62,285 nt of DNA from Candidatus Iainarchaeum sp. GTDB taxonomy: Archaea > B1Sed10-29 > WALL01. This document shows, in pieces, positions 27,091-35,635 of the stretch; position 1 is the first letter of the stretch, and each line of letters opens with the position of its first letter. The translations under genes and the position numbers were made by a program. The notes beneath the pieces are model-generated. The model ran no database searches. It was not told the DNA's origin and saw nothing but the letters and a program-made list of their open reading frames with translations. The stretch spans positions 1 to 62,285 of the forward strand of contig JAGMCR010000008.1 of assembly GCA_023129115.1 (NCBI GenBank), in the 5' to 3' direction.

Positions 27091-27834
27091 TCAAACTCAC
27101 CAAGCCTCGCCTGCAGCTTCTCCTCTTCCATCCGCTTGCTCGTGTCCCACGACTTCCGCGCGAACGGCGGGAGCTTGCCGTGCTCCTCGAAATAACTCTT
27201 CAAAAACTCTTTTGTCACCGGGTCCGCGGGGTAGCCACTCCCAATCTCGCCGTACTTGGCCCGTGTTTTCTTGACCCACTCGTCCCGCGCGACCTTCGCA
27301 ATAATCGACGCAGCGGAAACAATCGGGTAGTTCACGTCGGCCTTGTGCTCAGCGATTGCGTCAAAATCCGGCCCCAAGTACTTCCGCAGCCGCTGGATGA
27401 ACCTCGTTGGCTCGGTGTCGGGACAGTCGATAATGATTTTGTCCGGCTTTTCCTTCAGCCCCATAATCAGCTCGGCGATTTTCTTGGCCTCGACCTCGTT
27501 GAGCGACATGACTTTCCGCATTGAGTCAATCTCGTGCGCAGAAATCTCTATCACGGCGATTTCCTTTGCAGCGTTGCGTATTTTTGCAGCCAGTTCTTCC
27601 CTGCGCGCCGGCGTGAGCAGCTTCGAGTCCTTGCACCCCATCTCGCGGTAGCTGACGCTAGACTTCTCTGTGTCTACTACTCCGGCAATAACCATCGGGC
27701 CGAAAACGGGGCCTTTAGGAGGGGCATAAATCCTTCATCGATTTGATGATAGGTGTCTATACCCCACTTCCCGCCTCGTCACAGCCCAATATTAGAGTAT
27801 TTTTATTTTTTTGTTTGTCTCCACTTTTTTCCAT
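27087..27834 (-). CDS. rnhB: Ribonuclease HII, split gene: exon 1 27834-27767, exon 2 27714-27087
   Basis: Joined 696 nt gives MEKSGDKQKNKNTLILGCDEAGRGPVFGPMVIAG; KDSKLL, HKAD, VSAASIIAKVARD, GSGYPADP. Confidence 0.9.
27715..27766 (-). other. Putative 52-nt BHB-type intron in rnhB
   Basis: Stem GGGGTATAG/TTATGCCCC; GGGA/TCCT 4-bp helix with AG^T and AA^A bulges; carries an in-frame stop; removal restores DEAGRGP. Confidence 0.8.
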
Positions 27835-28874
27835 AATAGTCCTTCTTTCTTGACTAACCCTAATTTTTCAAGCTCTTTGAGCCTTAGTTTCGTTGTCTTG
27901 AACGCTCTATTTAACTCTTTTGCCACTTCAAACGTCCTCCTGGGCGTATCCAACGTGTCTAGAATACTCTTTTTGAGCTGAGAGATTATGATGGTATTAG
28001 AATCCATTCGAATCCAGTAAGATAAACTGCCGGATTGGTAGTTCATTATTTTCCCTTCTTTTTTCAATTCAATCAAGACGTCTTGTATCCGGGCGAAGCT
28101 CCGCTTGTACTTCTTCGAGAGAGCCCGCGCGGTCGTGGGCCCTTTCAAGTCCTTGTAGGCTTGCGTCTTCAGATAGTTGGCGCTGTAGTGCTCTTCTTTC
28201 ACTGTGCTCATCATTTCTTTGAACTTCTCGCGCTTGTCTTTGTGCAGAAGGGTCAAGCCAATCCGGTCAACAGTCCTTAAGTTGTTCAGCCCGAAAATGC
28301 TGTACATCCTGTTGCTTGGCGTGAACCTGTAGCTCAATCCGAAGTAGTCAAGCATCCTCTCAATTAAGGGGTTGGGAATGCCTTGCGATATCCTGACGGA
28401 ACGGCGGTGATGGTGCTTGAGTGAGTAGTGGATGTTACCTTCTCCAGCGAAGAATCCTTGTAGGATGTATCCATAATACTCTTCTTTTCCGCAAAAGTCC
28501 CTCACTGTTTCTTTCCATTCTTTTGCCAGTTTGGTTTTCGCCAACCTGAACAGAAGATAAGGTTTCCTTGCCCTATTGTCAATATAGCGCCTTATCCGCA
28601 CATTTTTTAGGTTTGGTGTTACTTCTTCTGCATCTTCTTTTGAATAGATGTAAACTCTCGCGTTAAATTCTTCGTCCTTGTAGTGCTCTTGGATTGTGTT
28701 CCCGAAAAACTCAACTAACTCAATACAGTTGTTTGTGAAAGTAATCTCACGAATTGTCTTGTTATCGCCTTCGGCTAGCCAGAGGCCTACACATTGTGCT
28801 ATTCGCTGGTCGGTTGGCACAGAACCCTCTTCCCCGAATACCTTTGCTGCGCTGGCGCTTAAATACTTTTTCAT
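27792..28874 (-). CDS. Free-standing double-motif LAGLIDADG endonuclease with C-terminal winged-helix domains
   Basis: CVGLWLAEGD and ILQGFFAGEGN motifs, ITFTN; C-terminal HTH-like segments; low GC; overlaps the rnhB start. Confidence 0.82.
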   Translation of the reverse strand: MKKYLSASAAKVFGEEGSVPTDQRIAQCVGLWLAEGDNKTIREITFTNNCIELVEFFGNTIQEHYKDEEFNARVYIYSKEDAEEVTPNLKNVRIRRYIDNRARKPYLLFRLAKTKLAKEWKETVRDFCGKEEYYGYILQGFFAGEGNIHYSLKHHHRRSVRISQGIPNPLIERMLDYFGLSYRFTPSNRMYSIFGLNNLRTVDRIGLTLLHKDKREKFKEMMSTVKEEHYSANYLKTQAYKDLKGPTTARALSKKYKRSFARIQDVLIELKKEGKIMNYQSGSLSYWIRMDSNTIIISQLKKSILDTLDTPRRTFEVAKELNRAFKTTKLRLKELEKLGLVKKEGLLWKKVETNKKIKIL

Positions 28875-28876
28875 GG

Positions 28877-29005
28877 GCCAAACCTTCTTTGAAATTTTTA
28901 CGGGGGCGATTTTAGCTGTTCGAGTCTTAGGATTTTCGTCCGCGAGCGAAAATTCATAAGAACGAGCAACGGCGGGAGAACCCGTAAAAATTGGGGGGGT
29001 TTGGC
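28877..29005. ncRNA. ~130-nt long hairpin immediately upstream of the endonuclease start
   Basis: GCCAAACC/GGTTTGGC, AATTTTTACGGG/CCCGTAAAAATT, TCTTA-GGATTTTCG/CGAAAATTC-A-TAAGA. Confidence 0.5.
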
Positions 29006-29107
29006 TTCAAGGTGTTAAAAGCCGAGAACAAGCATATTCCGGGATTAGGCAATAAAGCTTTATAAACCCGTTGGCGCATAAGGATACCCTCAATTCTGGT
29101 GATTACA

Positions 29108-29512
29108 ATGGACGGAATACTTGTGAATTACCGCCGTGGAAGGCGAACCATGAGGGGCAACCAAATGATTGTCGAGGTAAAGGGCTTTGACACCCGTGCC
29201 AAGGCAGCCCAGCTCATAGGCAAGCGCGTGGTCTGGATGACTCCAGCAAAGAACGAAATCCACGGCAAAATCGTTGGGGCCCACGGCAACTCCGGGGCAG
29301 TGCGCGCGCGGTTCAACCGCGGCATGCCCGGCCAGGCAATCGGCGGCAAAGTCGAGATAACCGACAAGGGCGCCAAAAAGGCGGCGAAGAAGGAAGCCCC
29401 AAAGAAGCCGCCCGCGAAGAAGCCCGCACCGAAGGCACGGGGGACGCCCGCGCCAAAGGCGGCGGCGCCCCCCAAAGCGCCAGCCGCAAAGAAAGCGCCG
29501 GCGAAGAAATGA
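29108..29512 (+). CDS. rpl35ae: 50S ribosomal protein L35Ae with Pro/Ala/Lys-rich tail
   Basis: NYRRG, LIGKRVVW, HGNSGAVRARF..GMPGQAIG. Confidence 0.95.
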   Translation: MDGILVNYRRGRRTMRGNQMIVEVKGFDTRAKAAQLIGKRVVWMTPAKNEIHGKIVGAHGNSGAVRARFNRGMPGQAIGGKVEITDKGAKKAAKKEAPKKPPAKKPAPKARGTPAPKAAAPPKAPAAKKAPAKK

Positions 29513-30513
29513 CTTCTGAAGAAATAACCGAGGGAAAAACGCGTCTAGCCATTTCCCCAAAAGTCTTCTTCAACCCATTGATGGAGAGCAACCGCAGCAT
29601 CACAGTGCAGCTCCTCAACTCTTTTTTCAAGAAGCCGTTCACCGCAATCGACGCACTCTCCGGAAGCGGCGCCAAAGGCGTCCGCATCGCGAACGAGACG
29701 CGCGCAAGCTTGGTCATCCTCAACGACATGAACCCCAACTCCAAAAAGCTCATGCAAAAAAGCGTCTCGCTCAACAAGCTAAAGAACACAGAGATTACTT
29801 CGGAGGACGCCAACGTCCTTTTGTCCAAGCACAAGTTCTCCACAAACTTCGTGGACATCGACCCGTTCGGCTCCCCAGCGCCGTTCACCGACTCCGCGGT
29901 CCGCGCGCTCCTCCCCAAGGACGCGGTTTTGGGCCTCACCGCGACGGACACCGGCGCGCTCGCGGGCTCTTTCAAGAACGCTGCCCGCCGCAGGTACGGC
30001 GTGCGGCTCGAAAAGACTCCCTTTTACAACGAGCTCGGCGTGCGGGCGCTCGCGGGCTTCGCGGTGCGCGAGGCAGGCAAGTACGACACCGGCCTCTCGG
30101 TATTGTTCGCCCACGCGACGGGGCACTACTACCGCGTCTTTCTCCGCACGCACCGCGGCAAGGGCGCCGCCGACGCCGCGCTCAAGCAAGTCCGCCTACT
30201 GCTCTACTGCCCCAAGTGCGGCAACATGAAGTACGGCCGCCACGATTCCTGCCACGGCACAATGCTTTCGCTGGGCCCGGTGTGGTCAGGCAAAATCTAC
30301 GAGCTGAACCTCTTCGACGAGCTCGACACGGAGCTCCCTTTCTTCGACCTGCACCGCCTCTACCAGCGCTGGGGAAAGAAGCCGGAAAAGTTCGTGGAGA
30401 TAGAGAAGAAGCTGGGCAACGCAGGATACAAAACGTCGCGCACGCACTTTAGCCGTTACGGCATCAGGTGCGACGCATCTTTCAAAGAGTTCAGGAAAAC
30501 GTTAGAAGTTTAG
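29509..30513 (+). CDS. trm1: tRNA (guanine-26-N2)-dimethyltransferase
   Basis: VFFNP.M..NR, DALSGSG, DIDPFGSP, LTATD, GPVWSG, SRTHF. Confidence 0.95.
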   Translation: MTSEEITEGKTRLAISPKVFFNPLMESNRSITVQLLNSFFKKPFTAIDALSGSGAKGVRIANETRASLVILNDMNPNSKKLMQKSVSLNKLKNTEITSEDANVLLSKHKFSTNFVDIDPFGSPAPFTDSAVRALLPKDAVLGLTATDTGALAGSFKNAARRRYGVRLEKTPFYNELGVRALAGFAVREAGKYDTGLSVLFAHATGHYYRVFLRTHRGKGAADAALKQVRLLLYCPKCGNMKYGRHDSCHGTMLSLGPVWSGKIYELNLFDELDTELPFFDLHRLYQRWGKKPEKFVEIEKKLGNAGYKTSRTHFSRYGIRCDASFKEFRKTLEV

Positions 30514-30903
30514 GTTCTTTAGTTCTTCTTTGGCGGCGACTACCACGTCAAAAAAGTGTTGACTCACGTTGTCTGGGTGTGTTGTTATTCCAGGAACACG
30601 AGGGGGTAAGTCGTCCGGGTTTGTTTCGTCAGTAAATCTGACAAGGGGTTCTGTGTTACCGTTTTTTCTGTTTAACGCTTTTTTCCATAACTCCGCGATT
30701 AATTTTTGTTCTCCTGTTTGATTAGTTACTCTTATCCAGGAAGAAATTTGTCCGTGCTTGCTGTGGAATATTTCTACGTGCACGCCCTCTTTGGTGTGAA
30801 ACTTGGCAAACTGGCCCCCGTGACCTGGTAGGTCTTCAATTTCTCCGCCACCGAATTTTTTACGAAGCCTTTCCGCGGCCTTTACATGTTCTTTCCCAAG
30901 CAT
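30502..30903 (-). CDS. Hypothetical protein (low GC)
   Basis: ORF with AGGTGG SD; no motif recognised. Confidence 0.55.
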   Translation of the reverse strand: MLGKEHVKAAERLRKKFGGGEIEDLPGHGGQFAKFHTKEGVHVEIFHSKHGQISSWIRVTNQTGEQKLIAELWKKALNRKNGNTEPLVRFTDETNPDDLPPRVPGITTHPDNVSQHFFDVVVAAKEELKNLNF

Positions 30904-30911
30904 TAATCCAC

Positions 30912-32579
30912 CTACAGCAGTGCTTTCCACAAAGTAGCGATTATCAAGAGCACGCCGATTATCAGCGCGGCAATCACGACGTCTTCCTCGGTCAGCCTCA
31001 CGCCTTCTTCCGTGACCACGACGTCAAACGTGTACACCGACTCGGACGAGACGTACCCGATTTTTGACGCGACGAGCTTCAGGGTGTACTGGCCAGTGTC
31101 GATGAACGTGTACTCGCTCTCGTAAAACCCGGTGGCAGTGTTCCGGCTCAGCTGCACAGTGTGCGTGCCCGTCAGTGGCGTCGTCACAACCGCGCGCACG
31201 TTGGCGCCGGTCACTGTCTCGCCGTCCTGGTCAGTGAGCTTGACCTGCATCGTGGTGAAGTCGTCGGTGACATTGCCGCCCGGCAGGGGGTTCAAGGGCA
31301 TTATCACGAGCCTGTCCGGTGACACGTGGAGAGTGATGTTCTTGGACACCGAGATGCCCCCCTTGGCTGCAGTAAGCATGACCGCATAGTCCCCGCGGCT
31401 CATGTTGCCCGTGGTGTTCCCGTAGTACCCGTTCCAGTCGTACGTGAGCGCTTTTGTCGTGTTGCCCCACTTGGCGGTTACGGTTGCGTCCGCCACGGGG
31501 CTGGCGGACTCGTCGATGACTTGGACCTTTATCTTTACCGAAGTGCCGTCTGGATATGTCTCTGTCTCGCTCGGGGACTCGACGCGGATGCAGATGCCGT
31601 ACTGGCAGAACACGTCTTCCGGCAATTCGGGCGCCTCTTCGCCGACGCGTATGGTGGGCATGTACAATTCCACGTCCTTGTGCCCGCTCTTGCTGGCAGT
31701 GACCTTGGCCTCGTAGAACCCGTCTTCTGCGAACAGGTAGTCCACTTCGTAAACCGTCTTGCCGCCGACCAGCTTTTCGCTGAGCGCGACGTTCTGCTCG
31801 GCGCCGCTGGGCGTCTTCACGATCGCGGAAACGCCTGCCCCTGCGACGCGCTGGTTCTGGTTGTCCAGCAGGTAAACGCTTATCACCATTTCTTCGCCGG
31901 GCCCGTACTGCGCCCGGGTCGGCGACACGCGCTTGATTTCCATTGCCTTGAGCCCCGGCACGTAAATAGTTTCGTTGCCTTCGCCGGCCTCGCCCGCGAC
32001 AGTGAACTCGACTGAAGCGCTCGCCGTTTGCCCGCCCTTGCTGACGGTCAACTCGGCAGTGTGTTCCCCGGCGCCCAGCGCCGCCTCGGCGCGGTAGCTG
32101 TTCTGCGCCTCTGGCAGCGAATACGTCGTGTTGCCGATTTCCATTGCAACGTCTGCGCCGTGGAGGAACAAGTCGTCCTGCGTGGCCTCTGCCTCGAGCA
32201 GGACCGCGCCGTAGTAAATCGTGTCTTCCGGCGAAAGAATTGTCACATAAATCTTCGATGTAGTTACTTCAAACGACGTGCTGTTCTCGTAGTCCGTCTC
32301 GTTGTGCCTCGCCGTCGCCTTTACGGAATAGCTGCCTTTTTCGTTGACCTCGAACGACGTGCTGTAGTCCGCGGTGGCTGAGTCAACGTTACTGGTCTCG
32401 AGCAGCTTCCCGCCTTCCATGAGCTCGAACTTGACCGTCTCTCCCGCGACGAACGTGGCAGAAACCGGGATTGTGCCGTGCCCGTAGCTCCCACTGGGCT
32501 CTGTTATTTGTAGGCTCGCGGCTGAAGCCGCCAAAACAAGCAATAGCAAAGCAATAACTCTTTTCAACTGGACCACCAT
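30912..32579 (-). CDS. Secreted, membrane-anchored protein with repeated Ig-like (beta-sandwich) domains
   Basis: Signal peptide; repeated V.GA.V.A..Y..G.Y.....A.K.G; C-terminal TM helix. Confidence 0.8.
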   Translation of the reverse strand: MVVQLKRVIALLLLVLAASAASLQITEPSGSYGHGTIPVSATFVAGETVKFELMEGGKLLETSNVDSATADYSTSFEVNEKGSYSVKATARHNETDYENSTSFEVTTSKIYVTILSPEDTIYYGAVLLEAEATQDDLFLHGADVAMEIGNTTYSLPEAQNSYRAEAALGAGEHTAELTVSKGGQTASASVEFTVAGEAGEGNETIYVPGLKAMEIKRVSPTRAQYGPGEEMVISVYLLDNQNQRVAGAGVSAIVKTPSGAEQNVALSEKLVGGKTVYEVDYLFAEDGFYEAKVTASKSGHKDVELYMPTIRVGEEAPELPEDVFCQYGICIRVESPSETETYPDGTSVKIKVQVIDESASPVADATVTAKWGNTTKALTYDWNGYYGNTTGNMSRGDYAVMLTAAKGGISVSKNITLHVSPDRLVIMPLNPLPGGNVTDDFTTMQVKLTDQDGETVTGANVRAVVTTPLTGTHTVQLSRNTATGFYESEYTFIDTGQYTLKLVASKIGYVSSESVYTFDVVVTEEGVRLTEEDVVIAALIIGVLLIIATLWKALL

Positions 32580-32619
32580 GTATAATTTTGCAGAATATGC
32601 TATTTAAACAGGTAGGCGC

Positions 32620-32644
32620 TTGGGGGGGCGCTTGCGCCCCCCAA
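32620..32644 (-). terminator. GC hairpin right after the tfb stop
   Basis: TTGGGGGGGCGCTTGCGCCCCCCAA inverted repeat. Confidence 0.4.
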
Positions 32645-32651
32645 CTCATAC

Positions 32652-33560
32652 TCAAGCAGCTATCTTAATCCCAAGCTCGCGCTTGAGCTCGCGGTACCTG
32701 TTCCGAATCGTGACCTCAGTCACTCCCGCGACGTCTGCCACCTCTTTTTGCGTGCGGCGCTCGCCCATCACCACGCCAGCTATGTATACAGCCGCCGCAG
32801 CAACGCCCGTCGGCCCGCGCCCGGAAATCAATCCCTTCTTAATGGCCTGGTCCAGAATCTCTTTCGCCCTTTCCTGTACTTCGCCGGACAAGCCAAGCTC
32901 CGAAGCAAACCGCGGAACGTAGTGCACCGGGTTCGTTAGAGGGACTTTGACGTACAACTCTTTCTTGATGAACCGGTACGTCCTCCCGATTTCTTTCTTG
33001 GGAATCCCGCTCACTTCAGAAATCTCGTCCAGTGTCCTCGGAATCCCGTACTGGCGGCAAAGAGTATACAGCACCGCGGCAACAACGCTTTCAATCAGCC
33101 TGCCGCGAATCAACCCCTTTTCAACGGCTTTCCGGTACAGCAATGCGCTTGCCTCGCGCACGTTGCTCGGCAGCCCCAGCGCGCTGGCTATCCTGTCCAG
33201 TTCACTGAGCGCAATCGTCAGGTTCCTCTCCATCGAGGACGAAATAGAGCTCCGCTTGTGCCACTTGCGCAGCCGGTACATCTGTGCCTGGCTCTGCGGC
33301 GAAATCTTTGAGCCGCGAATGTCGCGGTTGTACCTGTCAATCTCGGTTACCAATCCCTTGTTTGGCTTGGTGTACTTGATTGGCGCGCCGGTCCTCTGCC
33401 GCTTGGCGCGCTGGTCGGCGTCGAAGGCCCTCCACTCTGGGCCGAAGTCCACCATATTCTCCTCAATAACCGAGCCGCACTTCTGGCAATACAGCTCTGC
33501 CTTGGAATAGTCGTGTTTTAGCGCGTTGCTCCCGCACTCGGGGCATTTTGCCTCTGCCAT
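32652..33560 (-). CDS. tfb: Transcription initiation factor IIB
   Basis: CPECG..CQKCG Zn ribbon, [30 protein letters not shown]. Confidence 0.98.
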   Translation of the reverse strand: MAEAKCPECGSNALKHDYSKAELYCQKCGSVIEENMVDFGPEWRAFDADQRAKRQRTGAPIKYTKPNKGLVTEIDRYNRDIRGSKISPQSQAQMYRLRKWHKRSSISSSMERNLTIALSELDRIASALGLPSNVREASALLYRKAVEKGLIRGRLIESVVAAVLYTLCRQYGIPRTLDEISEVSGIPKKEIGRTYRFIKKELYVKVPLTNPVHYVPRFASELGLSGEVQERAKEILDQAIKKGLISGRGPTGVAAAAVYIAGVVMGERRTQKEVADVAGVTEVTIRNRYRELKRELGIKIAA

Positions 33561-33563
33561 ACC

Positions 33564-33773
33564 TTAATCACCCACGAATAGCTCCTGGCCGGCCTTGGAG
33601 TTGCTTTTGACGAGCACGAACGGCTCCTCAACAGGCCCCACGATATCGGCCACAAAGCCCACTTTCTTGTTGTTCTTGTTGAAAACGCGCGCTTTTAGCC
33701 TCGGCACGTCTTTGCATCGAATTATTGCAAAGCCCGATGCAGACTTGCCGATGACAATGCCTAGCGACCGCAT
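33564..33773 (-). CDS. gar1: H/ACA RNP protein Gar1
   Basis: LG.V..S.SG, VG.V.DI.GPVEEPFVLVK; usual position upstream of tfb. Confidence 0.88.
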   Translation of the reverse strand: MRSLGIVIGKSASGFAIIRCKDVPRLKARVFNKNNKKVGFVADIVGPVEEPFVLVKSNSKAGQELFVGD

Positions 33774-33913
33774 TTTTGCACACCAAGAACAAAAGCTTTA
33801 TATATTTGGAGCTAACCTTATTTAAATACTTTTTGGGGAATTTGGCTCAAAATGCCCTAGGACTGCACAAAAACCCCTAGCGGCTGCACAAAAACATGTT
33901 TGGATAGTGTACT

Positions 33914-34567
33914 TCATAGTTTTGTGTTAGGTGCACCAAAATGAGTTTGTATAGCCATATCCCAAAGCAATACTTCAAGGATGTGGGGGGCGTTTGGGTT
34001 CGCCGAGGCATTTGCCCAGTAATATCTTATCCAATCCCGATACCGATCTTGCGAAGAATTATACGCCTCTTCTAGGGTATTACCCTTAATCAACGAAATC
34101 ACGGGTTTAATGGCTGAGTCTCTAAAGGGCTTTACAAGCGGATCCTGCTCAGGGCGACTTTCATAGTTGTGATCGCTCAAAAAGACGAATTCATCCTCAT
34201 ACCCAATAAAACCGTCTGCTCCCTTCTTAACGCTTTTAGGACCCAACTCTCTTCCTGAATCACACGCGAGTGCAGAAATCACTCTTGATTTTAATTCACT
34301 CCCCAGTGTTTTGGAATCTACGAGGACCTCACCACGTTGCCCAGTAATTTGGGATGGGGAGCCATGGCCATTGAAAACTATAAATCGCGGGTCTCTTTTT
34401 TGAATGACTTGATCAACTTTCTCCTTGTTAGCCCGGTCACCAACCAAATCAATTACCTTGAATCCGTGCTTTCTCCCTTCTGTTATCACTCTATTGTTCC
34501 ATGACTTAAGGAAATGGACAGTATGGTCATGATTAGGGCGAGTAACAAGCATGGTTTTTTTAGGCAT
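33914..34567 (-). CDS. Putative clan CD (caspase/gingipain-fold) peptidase-like protein
   Basis: FIVFNGHG and ISALACDSG His/Cys dyad pattern; FIGY. Confidence 0.6.
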   Translation of the reverse strand: MPKKTMLVTRPNHDHTVHFLKSWNNRVITEGRKHGFKVIDLVGDRANKEKVDQVIQKRDPRFIVFNGHGSPSQITGQRGEVLVDSKTLGSELKSRVISALACDSGRELGPKSVKKGADGFIGYEDEFVFLSDHNYESRPEQDPLVKPFRDSAIKPVISLIKGNTLEEAYNSSQDRYRDWIRYYWANASANPNAPHILEVLLWDMAIQTHFGAPNTKL

Positions 34568-34569
34568 GA

Positions 34570-34812
34570 TTATGCACTCTCTGCCGTTAATTTGCCAAGT
34601 TGTTGAAGGTAGTTTAGTTGCATCCTAGCAAAAACAGCCCCGGTAGGATCCTTAACCCGTAGGTGTTCCAAGATCTCATCTTTTGTTAAAGGATCACCGC
34701 CTCCAATGGAAACCCTTATGTTTGAGGGCATAGAGGCGAGCCTATTCTGTGCTATTTCCCATACATCGTCTGGAATCTTCTCTTTCTTCTTGATTTCCTC
34801 GTTCCCTTCCAA
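34570..34812 (-). CDS. Hypothetical small protein
   Basis: TTG start with GGAGGTGA SD; operonic. Confidence 0.7.
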   Translation of the reverse strand: MEGNEEIKKKEKIPDDVWEIAQNRLASMPSNIRVSIGGGDPLTKDEILEHLRVKDPTGAVFARMQLNYLQQLGKLTAESA

Positions 34813-34830
34813 ACGGTCACCTCCATAGGG

Positions 34831-35022
34831 TTATATGATGTTTAGTTCGGCCAGCTTTTTAAGTATTTCCATACCCAGTTTGGTATTGGCGATTACTTCA
34901 GTATGTGCCCGCTGCCAATTATACGGCTCTCCAGCAATGACTACTACTGTTAGTTGCCTCTCGCTAAGCGGCAATGAGGTGTACAATTTCATGAACTGCT
35001 CTGCCTTCGCTGTTGCTGCCAT
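34831..35022 (-). CDS. Hypothetical small protein
   Basis: Y.SLPLSER..VVVI.GEPY.W; GGGGTG SD; operonic. Confidence 0.7.
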   Translation of the reverse strand: MAATAKAEQFMKLYTSLPLSERQLTVVVIAGEPYNWQRAHTEVIANTKLGMEILKKLAELNII

Positions 35023-35124
35023 CCCACCCCTCTCAATGAAGGCGAACTATAAAAAGGCAAGAGTAACCACAAGTGATGGAAGCGAGGCAGCAAAGTTTGG
35101 GCAGAGCCCCCCCACTTCTTCGCC

Positions 35125-35355
35125 ATGCACCAGGACGAGTTCCTCCAGCAGTACCACAAAAGGTCCAACGTGGAAAGCACGTTCCACATAATCAAGGCAA
35201 AGTTCGGCGAGTACCTATACTCCAAAACGCAGCAATCTCAATTCAACGAGGCGCTATGCAAGATATTGTGCCACAATATTGTGGTGCTGATTCACGGGAT
35301 GTTTGAGTTGGGTATCGACGTCAATGTTTCAAAAATCCGACAATTGACGGGGTAG
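35125..35355 (+). pseudogene. DDE transposase C-terminal fragment (IS4/IS5-like)
   Basis: YHKRSNVESTF..IK (YREK-type signature), NEALCKILCHNI; N-terminus missing. Confidence 0.85.
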
Positions 35356-35387
35356 ATTATAAAAAGAAATAGCGGGCGAAGTAGATT

Positions 35388-35528
35388 ATGGTCAACATAA
35401 ATTTGACTAAGCAACAGAAAATCTTGGTAGTTAGCGTTGGCATAGTGGGGATAGCCTTTATCCTAAGCTATCTCGGCTGGCTTGGACCAATATCGACAGC
35501 GCCGATATCTGGAACGATAACGCCTTGA
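35388..35528 (+). CDS. 46-aa single-TM peptide
   Basis: MVNINLTKQQKILVVSVGIVGIAFILSYLGWLGPISTAPISGTITP by manual translation. Confidence 0.4.
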   Translation: MVNINLTKQQKILVVSVGIVGIAFILSYLGWLGPISTAPISGTITP

Positions 35529-35635
35529 ACCCGTTTTGTGCAGGGGGTTAAAACCCTGCACAATAACCTGGTCAGTCCTGCACAAGAACCCTGCTCGTTT
35601 TTGTGCAAAGCCGGGGAATTCCGATCAAAACGGCT

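Larger units (their letters stand above)
33844..35612. mobile_element. Degenerate cargo-carrying transposon
   Basis: GGCT...AGCC ends, flanking GGGGAATT direct repeat (33835, 35613), subterminal TGCACAA repeats, transposase fragment, low GC. Confidence 0.65.

Noticed and set aside
27715-27766. Group I or group II intron, or programmed frameshift
   Set aside because: Too short for a ribozyme core; a frameshift would leave ~17 extra residues inside the catalytic motif.
27792-28874. LAGLIDADG ORF as an intein or as an intron-encoded ORF
   Set aside because: It has its own start and stop, no intein C1 or HN-C/S/T motifs, and lies outside the 52-nt insert; no upstream rnhB exon was found beyond it.
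28877-29005. SRP RNA or RNase P RNA
   Set aside because: Too short and lacks the SRP helix-8 and RNase P conserved motifs.
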